Part shown: piece after piece, positions 30,803-43,974 of the stretch | Numbering within the stretch: position 1 is the stretch's first letter | Layout of the letters: each line of letters opens with the position of its first letter | Source of the DNA: Callorhinchus milii | Lineage: Eukaryota | Assembly (NCBI RefSeq): GCF_018977255.1 | Contig: NW_024704742.1 | Location: forward strand, 13,394,001 to 13,458,000 | Reading direction: 5' to 3' | DNA length: 64,000 nt | The notes under the pieces: generated by a model | Told to the model about the DNA's origin: nothing | Databases searched by the model: none | Seen by the model: the letters and a program-made list of their open reading frames with translations, nothing else | Position numbers and translations under genes: made by a program

Positions 30803-31964
30803 GAGAGGAGTTTATTATCAGAAAGCTAAACAGCCCCAAAACATTACAAATGTCATTTGCATTTCATATTTCTTAATACTTCATGAAAACATCATTCAAT
30901 TTGTGAATTCAAGTGCTTGAATTGGTTTTTGCTTTCAAAATAATTTTGAACATTCAATACATAAACATTATGCGCAACATGCAAAAGCAAGTGTAAAGTA
31001 CAAGTGCAACCATGTGTAAAACAAATTTGTAAAGCATGTGTAAAACACAAATGTAAAGGACTTCTAAAAGCCCACAGAATACACACAGACACACCAGTTT
31101 ACAACATACTCTGAAAAGCATTTTGGAAAGATGTCTTGCCAACTTGGTAAGGTGCAATATCAAATACTGTACTATTAATATATTATTATAAGAGGGAACT
31201 CCAATACATTCATTATGTCATTCACAACCAATGACAATTTCATTACTTATCTAAGAAACAACTGGTTGTTAAACAGGTAATTCCTTTGTGTTTACACATG
31301 TGTAAGGGCAATTTTTTTTAGAAAAACGAATTTCACCAATAAATACCCATTTTGCTGGGTGAAAATTGATTGCTAAAAAAAACTGACCTGAATTTCATTT
31401 TTCAAAAACAATGAAACATGATTCAATTCATTTAACTCAAAAGTGCAAACATCACCTCAATTGATACTACTGACACACTACAACTGAGAAGAATGGCAGC
31501 AAAACATGTCCCAACTATTGGTCTGCAATTTACACACTTAAAATGCAGTTCTTGTGTTGACTGACCACCATATATTGGCCAGAAATGCTCACACAACCCT
31601 TCAATTCACCTTAAAGTATATTCTTTGAGGTGCTTTGAGTCGTCTCCACGACGTGATAAGGTGCTATATCAAATGCAAGGGTTATTATTATTATTATTAT
31701 ATTTAAGACGTATCTTCTTGGGTGGCAGCCAGGTGACTGCATTAAACCAAGAAATTGATGATGTTTAACCAGCATGTCTGGCTGTTTAGTGAGGCTCAGA
31801 GGTGTTGACACATGAGTTGTGTTTATGGAAACCTCAATATAATATTTACTTCTTTTTGTGTGTATGGTGTAGAGAGGATACAACACACAGGAATATCTGT
31901 ACCCACATATACAGAGGGTGCTTGTGAGAGTGTCGATCATGGGCTATCAGTGGAACTGCACTTG

Positions 31965-32810
31965 TCCCTCATCCACATCAGTGGGACTACACGTGCCTGG
32001 TTCGAATCCTACTTAACCGACTGGCATCACTTTGTCCCTGCTAGCAGCTGTTCCTCTCGCCCCCGTCCGGTCACCTGTGTCCAATCTTCAGCCCCCTTTC
32101 CCTTATTTGTATGTTCCTTCTTGACATGTTTGCAGATGACGCCCAAATTTACTTCTCTTCCAGTTGTGACTCCAGGTCGCTTATGACCCGCCAGCTTGTT
32201 TGTCAGACTTCAAGGCGCAATCTTCCTGCAGCTGAATGTGGCTTCTGTCAAAGTCTTCTCTCCTTGTGGCTCTCGGGTCTGACCTCCTCAACCTCTACAG
32301 CCTACCCATAAGACTTACCGAACCTTGCCGGAACCCAGGCATGTCAGACACGATTGTCCTTCCTACCCCACACCAGTGACTAGAAATGCTTTCCTGCACC
32401 TCCATCACATTGCCCACCTCTGATCATACCTTAACCCCAAGGCAGGTGAAGCCCTCATCCGAACTTTTGTCACCTCCCACCTCGATTATTCCAACGCCCT
32501 CTTCGACAATCTCCCCACTCCACCACCCACTACCACTTGGCTGGCTCCGGCCACTTTCTTGTGCCTCGTCCTTTCTACTTCATCATTGGCAGTCGTGCTT
32601 TCAGCCACTATACGCCTTCCCCCTTTTCAGATCACACCTGAAGACCTACGGTCACCTCCTCCCCCCACCCCACCCCCCCCCCACCCCACTCCCCCCCCCC
32701 ACTCCCCCCACCCCACTCCCCCCAGCTCGGTGTCAGGTTCCACCACTGTCAAGTGCTCCGAAACACTCCCCTGCATGAAGGGAGTGAGATAAATGCAACT
32801 TGTTGTTGAC
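31965..32810 (+). mobile_element. Highly decayed L2 LINE fragment
   Basis: ISGTTRAWFESYLTD and MFADDAQIYFS remnants, L2-like tail. Confidence 0.65.
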
Positions 32811-32994
32811 AGTGTTGTGTGTGTGTGTGTGTGTTGGGGTCGGTGTGGAGGATACAACAGTGAGTATTATGCACAGATTGACACGCAGAGGGCGCTGCTG
32901 AGGTGATGTGTGTGTTGGGTGGAAGCTAATGGAGAGTGCAGCTGCAGCAACACTCACACTCACTCACACATAGAGGGCGCTTGTGAGGCATTGC

Positions 32995-34002
32995 TGTGTG
33001 TGTGGGGGGGGGGGGGCAGCCGGTGTGTGGGGGGGGGGGGGGCAGCCGTGTGTGTGGGGGGGGGGGCAGCCGCGTGTGTGTGTGGGGGGGGGGCAGCCGT
33101 GTGTGGGGGGGGGGGGGGGCAGCCGTGTGTGTGTGTGGGGGGGGGGGGGGCAGCCGTGTGTGTGTGGGGGGGGGGGGGGGCAGCCGTGTGTGTGTGTGTG
33201 TGGGGGGGGGGGGGGCAGCCGTGTGTGTGGGGGGGGGGGGGGGCAGCCGTGTGTGTGGGGGGGGGGGGGGGGCAGCCGGTGTGTGTGTGTGGGGGGGGGG
33301 GGGCAGCCGTGTGTGTGTGTGGGGGGGGGGGGGCAGCCGTGTGTGTGGGGGGGGGGGGGCAGCCGCGTGTGTGTGTGTGTGGGGGGGGGGGGGGGCAGCC
33401 GTGTGTGTGTGTGTGTGTGGGGGGGGGGGCAGCCGTGTGTGTGGGGGGGGGGGGGCAGCCGTGTGTGTGGGGGGGGGGGGGCAGCCGTGTGTGTGTGTGT
33501 GGGGGGGGGGGGGGGCAGCCGTGTGTGTGGGGGGGGGGGGGGGGCAGCCGTGTGTGTGGGGGGGGGGGGGGGGGGCAGCCGTGTGTGTGGGGGGGGGGGG
33601 GGCAGCCGTGTGTGGGGGGGGGGGGGGGGGGGCAGCCGTGTGTGTGGGGGGGGGGGGGGGGGGGCAGCCGTGTGTGTGGGGGGGGGGGGGGCAGCCGTGT
33701 GTGGGGGGGGGGCAGCCGTGTGTGTGGGGGGGGGGGGGGGGGGCAGCCGTGTGTGGGGGGGGGGGGGGGGGCAGCCGTGTGTGGGGGGGGGGGGGGGGCA
33801 GCCGTGTGTGGGGGGGGGGCAGCCGTGTGTGTGGGGGGGGGGGGGGGGGGGCAGCCGTGTGTGGGGGGGGGGGGCAGCCGTGTGTGTGGGGGGGGGGGGG
33901 GGCAGCCGTGTGTGTGTGTGTGTGGGGGGGGGGGGGGGCAGCCGTGTGTGGGGGGGGGGGGGGGGCAGCCGTGTGTGTGGGGGGGGGGGGGGGGGGCAGC
34001 CG
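32995..34002. repeat. Array of (G)9-16-CAGCC-(GT)n units
   Basis: Seen directly, upstream of AK3. Confidence 0.97.
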
Positions 34003-34100
34003 CACAGAGCGGAGCAATAGCAGCGATTGGCTACAGACCCACAGACAGAGGGCGGTGGGAGGGCGAGAGGTGCATCATCAGCCACGAGCCGCAGATACAC
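34003..34100 (+). promoter_or_regulatory. Putative AK3 core promoter island: inverted CCAAT (gattggct) and GC box GGGCGG
   Basis: Unique CpG-containing segment between two arrays; motif matches only. Confidence 0.4.
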
Positions 34101-34289
34101 ACCCACTGGGGGGGGGGGGGGGGGCAGTGACAGCTCAGCTCAGCCACAGCATCGCCCGGTGACGGGGGGGCGGAGGGGATCAGACAGTGGGACTCTGTGC
34201 TTTGTTTGCAGTGAGAGACAGAGAGAGAGTCACAGAGAATCTCAGTGTCTGAGTATATCTGAGTCTTGTGTTTGTGTGTGAGTCTGTCT

Positions 34290-35684
<1,395 letters not shown>

Positions 35685-35832
35685 TAAGGATAAGCTTTGC
35701 GTATAGATTTTATCTACTGAAGTGTAGTATTTCAGGCCACGTTTCAAGAGCCATGTTTTCTCATATAGCTGGCAATTGCTCACAGGCCCCAGTGTCTGTT
35801 AACCATTCAACCCTGAGGTTTTTTTGGAGACC

Positions 35833-35898
35833 GTATGTCTCACTCTGTAGAAGGAAACAGCAGGTCCCGCCTGTTTCCTTCTACAGAGTGAGACATAC
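35833..35898. repeat. Perfect 28-bp inverted repeat with 10-nt loop
   Basis: gtatgtctcactctgtagaaggaaacag-caggtcccgc-ctgtttccttctacagagtgagacatac. Confidence 0.97.
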
Positions 35899-36551
35899 AA
35901 TTTCAAAATTGGCTCCTTGAAAAATAATGCTAGAAATTTGGGAAGTGGGAAAGCTGTGTGAAAATGTGCATGGAAACTTTACATTTTATTGCCATTGTGT
36001 CTTGAGTCTTTGCTCAGTTGTGTGTTTTTAAACAGCACAACAACAATTTGCATTTATATTGTGCCCTTCACACGAGGTAGTGTCCCGGAGTGTTTGTGTG
36101 AGGTATGAGTTTAAAATAAATAATAATAATCCTTGCATTTGATATAGCGCTTTTCACGTCTTCCAGACTTCTCAAAGCGCTTCACAGAATATACTGTAAA
36201 GTGAACTGACTGTATATATCTGGTGGGCGAAAAAAGCCCACAATCTTGTGTTGATATGCCTGTTAGCAATGCTATCTTGGATGTGAACTTTAAACTTCAC
36301 TATATTTTACATTCACTTGTTTTTTGTAAAAAAGACAATAATACAGTGATTAGGCTCACGTTTCACAGTCAAGTGAACACAATACAATGTTACACTGTGA
36401 ACAATGAATAAAAGGGCAATAATTCCAAAGTGGGAGAACAGTGCTTAGGAATGAAGCTTCCAGTGTCGGCCAATAAAAAGCTTATTGTAAATCTAAAGTG
36501 AGGGCCAGTGTCCTGAATCCTTTTTAAGAATCGTTTCTTTTTTCTTTCTTT

Positions 36552-36798
36552 GTGGAGTCCTGTAGCTCAGTGGTTAGAGCGCTTGCTTCGCAAATGAGAG
36601 GATCTGGATTCGATTCCCAGCAGAGCAAAACATTAGGCAATTTTTCTCACTCCACACGCCTCTGTTTATCTAGCAGTAAGTAACTGGTTGTTAGTCGATT
36701 GGAGGATCGCATTTCCAGGGGTAATAATCCCTTAAAAAAAATAATAATTTGGTCACTCAGTCCATGGCTGTTTGTCGGACACTGCTGTGTGCAATTGT
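36552..36798 (+). mobile_element. tRNA-Ala-derived SINE, 3' truncated
   Basis: Head and body match the family. Confidence 0.85.
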
Positions 36799-38104
36799 GA
36801 TGAGTCAGAATAAACCAATCCATTTTAATTAGAACTGCTATACCAGCAATTATGCCTGTAGTGGTGAAATTTTTCTTATGTGTGGAATATTCTATATTGG
36901 GCTGGCATAGACAAGGGGACAAAGTCTCTTTTCCCTGGTTAGATTTACAGCAACCATGACTTGTATTTATGTAGCACTGAATGCTTCACACAGGATAACA
37001 TCAAAAAGATCCTGTTTTCTCAGAGTCAGTTCATTTCATTACACTTGAGATTCCCCAGCAGTTAACTGGATGCTATGTTTTGTTTTTGGGTCAGGATGAA
37101 ACATTGGGCAGGTTTCCTTGCTCCAAACGTGTCTCTGTTTACCTAGTTGTAAGTAGGAACCCGGTTGTTAGTCGATTGGTAGATCACCTTTCCGTGAGTA
37201 ATAATCCCTTAAAAAAAATTTAGTCACTCAATCCACGACTATTTGTTGGACAATCCATTATTGCTGTGTGCAATTGGCTCCTGCATTTTGCCCACAAAAT
37301 ATACAGTCCATTCACTTTACAGTGTATCATGTCAAGAGCTTTGAGACGTCTTGAAGACGTGTTAAGGCGCTATATCAAATGCAGGGATTATTATTATTTA
37401 TTAGTACAGCAGTTAGACCAATGAGGAAGGGTGGGGGTGACAAGGGTAGCTTCCTTTCCCATTTTATTGGAACAACGTTTCGCCATGCCCAGGAATCGAA
37501 CCCAGGTCCTCTCACTTGTGAGACGAGTGCTCTAACCACTCAGCTACCGAACTCCACAGACTGATGACAGATCAATCAGCCTGTTATAATAATAATAATC
37601 CTTGCAATTGATATAGCGCCTTATCAAGTTGTTGAGATGTCTCAAAGCGCTTCACAGAACATATTGTAAAGTGGATTGACTGTATTTTGTGGGCGAAACG
37701 CAGCAGCCAATTGCGCAAAGTGATGTGGTGAATGATACAGAGGATCTGAGGAGGCAAGAGAGAAGTGTGTGAGGGGAAAGGACATTCTTCACATTGTCAA
37801 CATATTGCAGCTTGAAGCTCTTGATTTTTTAAAATGAAAAGTGTGCCCTCGCTTCAGAGAACTAGGTGGTGCAGTGGGTTGGAACGCTCGCTGCTCCTTC
37901 TCTGGACATGAGATAAAAGTTCAGCACAGCCGCAGGCAATACTTTTGGTTCTATCTGTTGTGCACGAGGGAGTCTTATCGAGGATCATTCTCTCCAGAAA
38001 TATTCAGACTGCTGTGCTGCTTGTTGAGGAGGTGGCCAAATGAAATTACTGACCAGAGTGGGATTACAAAATATTTTATTTTTCTGGTACGCTTACAGAA
38101 ATTA

Positions 38105-38492
38105 TTATAATGATAATAAATCTTTCATTTGATATAGCGCCTTATCTTGTCTTCGAGATGTCTCAAAGCGCTTCAGAGATTATACTGTAAAGTGAATTGA
38201 CTTTACATTTGTGGACGAAACTCACAGCCAATTGTGCACAGCAGTGTCCCACAAACAGTCGTGGATTGAAGTGATCAATTTATTATCACAGTATTGTTTT
38301 TTTTCTTGAGGGATTATTACCCCCGGAAAAGTGATCTGCCAATCGACTAACAACGGGGTTCCTAGATACTGCTAGATAAACATAGGCGTGTGGAGTAAGG
38401 AAACTTGCCCAACATTTCACCCTGCCGGGAATCGAACCCAGGTCTCTCACTTGCAAGGCAAGTGCTTTAACCACTCAGTTACAGGACTCCAC
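38105..38492 (-). mobile_element. tRNA-Ala-derived SINE, full length
   Basis: Reverse complement of the family consensus from head to (att)n tail. Confidence 0.9.
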
Positions 38493-39929
38493 ATTGTCAA
38501 TCATACTCAAATTACTTCAGCAAAAAGAATCACTCTAGCCATTTTTTTCAACTTTGACCCTTGAGTAAAAACATCAGTTTGCTGAATTGATTTCTTTTGT
38601 TTCTGTGTTATTGTGCTTCACCTTGTCAACAGGTGAAACATAATAATTATGTTCTGCCTGTTGCTGGTTAGAAACTGTTTTCACTCTCACTGATAAACTA
38701 CTAATGTTCGGTCAAACATTTAAGGTTTATGCAAGTTGCACTAAATGGCTCTGGAGTGCTTGAGCTTTTTTCTTTCTTTGCAACACTACTGCATGAAGAA
38801 ACAGAATAGGCTTTCTTTAAAGAACTGGAAAGTTTTCAGCAGGGCAACAACAACAACTTGCATTTCTATGGCACCCTTCACGCGGTGTAGTATCCTGGAG
38901 CCAAGAGGTTATTTAGGTTTTCTTGGTTTAAATTTATATTGCTTTGGAAATGTATTATCATGTAATGATAATAAAATTGGAGTGTACTTTGTACTTGGCT
39001 GCTGCGTTTCGTTCACAAAATATATAGTCAATTCAGAGAGGGGAATTGAGACAGTCTTCAGTGCTGTTTTACAGAAAGTGAAGATTATGCACATGTAACC
39101 TAATCTGGTTACAGCTGGATGTTGGTGTAAATTTGTGTCAAGCATCAGATTTACAGGAGCGCTGACCGACTGATGCAAAGACGGTCAGCTTTCAGCTGTG
39201 GAATTAACCGCCGTCACTTATTTTTAACTTTTGAAAGATTTACTGAAGTGCTTTGATCAAAAGAAATCTTGTTTAATTTCTGGTTGAGTGTTTTAAGAAG
39301 TCATGTTTGTTCCGGCCAACGTTGAAAGCCCATATTTTAATATCTTTTTCCGAAGCACTCTTGAGACGCTACTGCACGTGAATGGAGATGTGTAAATGCA
39401 AGTTTGCTGTTGTTGTTAAAGATCAAAACCCGTACTTTCCAATTAAAAGGGTGCTGTTTTTAAAAGCAATCTCGTCTGATTTATGTAATGAGTTCAGTTA
39501 TGTCGGACAATTTTATCTAAAGCTAATTTTTNGCTACCAATGCTGTCTTGTGGGACTTGACAGAATCCACGTAACTGTAAGGGTAAGTAAGATAAGTGGT
39601 CCCTTATGTGATACCTCGCACCTGGTAACCTCTCCATAGCAGTGAATGTACCTATTCATTTATACTCACAAGTGTTTATGCACAAAAGTGTCAACAATGT
39701 AGCATTTGTTCTGTGTGTGATTACACTTTGGTGTAAATTAATCTCTCTCTCTCGCTCTCTCTCTAATAATAATAATCCTTGCATTTGATACAGCGCCTTA
39801 TCACATCTTCGACATGTCTTTGTTCACGTGTGTGTTTTTAAACAGCGCAACAACAACTTGCATTTATATAGTGCCTTTCACGCAAGGTAGTGTCCTGGAG
39901 TGCTTGTGTGAGGTATGAGTTTAAAATAA

Positions 39930-40225
39930 ATAATAATAACAATAATCCTTGCATTTGATATAGTGCCTTATCATGTCTTCCAGACGTTCCAAAACGCTTC
40001 ACAGAATATACTGTAAAGTGAATAGACTGTATATTTGTGGGCGAAACACGGCAGCCAATTGCACGCAGCAGTGTCCCACAAACAGTCGTGGATTGGTGAC
40101 CAAATTATTATTAATTAATTTTTTTTAAGGAATTACTACCCTGAAAAAAACCTAACAACTGTATTCCTACTCACTGCTAGGTAAACAGAGATGTGTGGAA
40201 TAAGGAAACCTACCCAACGTTCACC
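39930..40225 (-). mobile_element. tRNA-Ala-derived SINE, head missing
   Basis: Reverse-complement match to body and tail. Confidence 0.8.
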
Positions 40226-40257
40226 TGGTATAATATATGCAGAGTGTTTATATACCC

Positions 40258-40288
<31 letters not shown>

Positions 40289-40715
40289 TATAAAGCCACT
40301 GCACTTGGTTGAAATGACAATACTTGTGAAGGCTTTTTAACACATTTAAATGTAAATGCAACATGAATATATATCCCTCCCAAATTTATTACAGACTTGT
40401 ATAAAACCTCTATGGACCCTAAGCTACAGTCGTGAGTGTTTGCTCTAGGTGTAAAACACATTGATGGTTCATTGAGGTTATCTAGTAAGTAGCTGAGCAA
40501 TACATACCGGGTAGGTGGGGGTGAGGGGGGGTGAAGGTCACAGGATTGATACCTAGCCTGGTCTGTGCTGTGCACTGGCCTGATCTGTGCTATGCTGGTC
40601 GGTCTTTGCTGTGCTGATCTGTGCTTTGCTGTGCCAACAGTTGAGGCAGGCGAATGCCATTACTGGACTCAGTGCCCTGAAGGCAAAATCTGCCATAGTC
40701 CCTGCAGGACACATA

Positions 40716-41063
40716 AGAGTCCTGTAGCTCAGTGGTTAAAGCACCCGGGTTTGATTCCTGGCAGGGCAAAACGTTGGGCACGTTTCCTTACTCCACAGTT
40801 CTCTGTTTAGCTAGCAGTAAGTAGGAACCTGGTTGTTAGTCGATTGGCGGATTACTTTTCAGGGGGTAATAATTCTTTCAAAACAATAATAATAATAATA
40901 AATTAGTTACTTAAATCCACGACAGTTTGTGAGATACTGCTGTGGGCAATTGACTGCCATGTTTCGCCCACAGTCAATTCACTTGATAGTATATTCTGTA
41001 AAGCGCTTTGAGACGTCTCACAGACGTGATAAGGTCTATATCAAATGCAAGGATTATCATTAT
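40716..41063 (+). mobile_element. tRNA-Ala-derived SINE
   Basis: Head with a deletion, body and tail. Confidence 0.85.
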
Positions 41064-41279
41064 TGCTGCTTGTATCAAAAAGCTGTAAACCTCCAATGCC
41101 AATGAACATGCTAATTGCCTTTGTAAACTCATTCATGGCCACAGAATTGAAAGCCTGTTCTATTCCTTGGCTTGGCGGTATATTATTGTATTTGTAATCA
41201 GCTAAATATCTATCATTATTGATTTATTTATTTTGGGGACTGTCATAATATAATGTGTTCCTGGGGCTTCAACATATTT

Positions 41280-42142
41280 CAGTCCTGGATGAGAGTAAAT
41301 TTCCTACAGTTGAATGTGAACAAGACTGAGGCCCTCCCGATTGGCTCACGCCAGCGCCTCCGCACCTCAGGCTCTGGCAGCATCAACCTCCATGGTTGCA
41401 CACTTCAACTCACCAAGCCAGTCAGGAACCTCGGTGTCCTGTTCGACCCTCAACTGTCTTCTTCCCCACATCCAAGCCATGACCCGCTCTGCCTTCCCTC
41501 ACCTCCGTAACATCACCCGACTCCACCACTACCTCACCCCTCAGGCCGCTGAAACTCTTGTTCATGCCTTCATCACCTCCAGGCTCGACTATGCAAATGC
41601 TCTGCTTGTCGGCCTTCCCAACTCCTCCCTCCACAGGCTGCAGATAATCCAGAACTCTGCAGCCCGTGTCCTCTCCCGCACCAAACTCCATGACCCCATC
41701 TCCCCCATTCTCGCCCGACTCCATTGGCTCCCTATCCTTCAGAGGATCCAGTTCAAGATCCTGGTCCTCACCTACAAAGCTCTCCATGGCCTCGCCCCAC
41801 CCTATCTCTGTGACCTCCTAACCCCCTACCAACCCGCGCATTCCCTCCGCTCAGCCGGCTCCGGCCTCCTCCACGTCCCCCGACCCACTCGCCCCACCAT
41901 TGGTAGGAGAGTGGCTACTCTACCCCCAACCTCTGGAATTCCATCTCCCAATCACTCTGCCTCACCCCCTCCTTAGCCTCCTTCAAGTCTCGCCTCAAGA
42001 CCCTCTTTGACCATGCCATCGGCCACGCCCCTTCCCCTCCCCTCCCTTCTCCCCGCTGACCCCAGCTCGGGTCTGAAATGCGCCTTGGGACGTCCTCCCG
42101 ACGTGAAAAGCGCTATACAAATGTAATCTTGCTATTGTTGTT
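41280..42142 (+). mobile_element. L2-clade LINE 3' portion
   Basis: [58 protein letters not shown]. Tail gggacgtcctcccgacgtgaaaagcgctatacaaatg(ttg)n. Confidence 0.93.
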
Positions 42143-43013
42143 CTCATATGCTTAAAGCTCCACTATAGACCTCAATTGGGATTAAATTAGTGATGGTACA
42201 AGACTGCAGACACTGGATGACGACAGGATTGGGTTTGGCTGCATTGTTCCTCGCAATTGAATAACCTGCTATAGCACTGCCTTTCAAGGTCTGTGTATGA
42301 ATAATGGTCACACAGGTGGGGAACTGGAGGGCATTTATGGAATTGTACTACCCTTGAAGAAGAAAAGCACTCAAATGCCTTCCAGACAGGAGCCCCTCCC
42401 CTACCCAAATCGCGATCTTGCAGATTGTGGGTAGAGGAGAAGGGACAAAGAATTCAGTATACAGTATTTTACCCAGTGTGCTCAACATTTGAGTGTTTTG
42501 GCGGAAAAAAAAGCCAAACTGGGATTTGTACAAGAAATATTTAGTTTGTACTTTCCTACTGCATTAGACCCCTTAAGTTGTTGGGAGTGAACATTTAACA
42601 ACACATATGTATAATTTTAGAGTTAAAAATATTTTTCACATGAGCAGCTTGTCAGTTGGTTTGTGATGGCATTTAGCAAGAGAACCTGGGATCATAGATC
42701 TTTTGGGCTTCTTTCCAGTCAGTTCAAATCTGTGTAGTATACTGTCTAAAGATCAGAGTTAACACTGTACATTGGAAATTCCTCCAAGGAACTGTTGGGT
42801 GGATGCCCAGCGCTTTGGGACGTCCTCCCAACATGAAAGGCGTTGTACAAATGTAATTTGGTATTGTATTAAATCACTTTGGGTTTGGATTGTGGCTCTG
42901 AGAAACATCTTCCAAGGAAAGCAGAGACACTGGTAATGCAGAAGAGCACTCCTGTTGTGATACTTCAAGCTCAGAAACTCATTGTTCCAGAACCGTGTGT
43001 GCAATGCAAATAC

Positions 43014-43142
43014 CTCTTCGTCTGCTTGAATTTTTTCCTTCCAGATTTCCTTCACCACACTGACTGTATCCTTCCTGCTTATTTTGGTGTTTTTCACCAG
43101 ACCATCATGTCTCAAAAACATCAGGACATCTTCTCCGGTGCC
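43014..43142 (-). pseudogene. Orphan TSNAXIP1-like exon fragment with GT donor, inside AK3 intron 1
   Basis: 43 open codons GTGEDVLMFLRHDGLVKNTKISRKDTVSVVKEIWKEKIQADEE|GTATTT, similar to recalled TSNAXIP1 GYGEAIPAFLRFDGLVENKKPSKKDVVNLLKDAWKERLAEEQ. No AG acceptor; joined to a SINE. Confidence 0.75.
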
Positions 43143-43144
43143 CA

Positions 43145-43415
43145 CAAGTGAGAGATCTGGGTTTGATTCCCGGCAGGGCAAAACCTTGGGCAAGTTTCCT
43201 TACTCCACATTCCTGATAATAATCCCTCAAGAAAAAAATAATAATTTGGTCAATTCAATCCACGACTCTTTGTGGGACACTGCTGTGTGCAATTGGCTGC
43301 CGCGTTTCGCCCACAAAAATGCAGTCAATTCACTTTACAGTATATTCTGTCCTGCGCCTTGGGACGTCCTCCTGGACATGAAAGGCGCTATACAAATGTA
43401 ATCTTGTTGTTGTTG
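43145..43415 (+). mobile_element. 5'-truncated tRNA-Ala SINE ending in an L2-type tail
   Basis: Begins at caagtgagagatctgggtttgattccc; ends gggacgtcctcc..tacaaatgtaatc(ttg)n. Confidence 0.85.
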
Positions 43416-43779
43416 CTTTCTCTCACATTTCCTGAAGACGTGACTCTTCCACAGTCTATCTCAGGTACTTTACTCAGTTGACCATTATTTACATGTATGT
43501 AAGCATTGACACAAAGATTGACGGATTATTCAACCACAGGGATAATTGCAGATGAGCCTGATCGTATCCTCACTTGACATTCAGACGTACACCATTGGGT
43601 CACTGGATACCAATTAGAAGTGAGAGCCTTGGCTTAGTTCCAAATTCTGTTGCATGGGATATGAGCCCTCAACCCTTGTAACCTGTATTTTCTAGTGCTG
43701 GGGACCTTGGGACGTCCTCCTGACGTGAAAGGCGCTATATAAATGTAATTTGTTGTTGCTGCACAGGAGAATGCATTGA

Positions 43780-43974
<195 letters not shown>

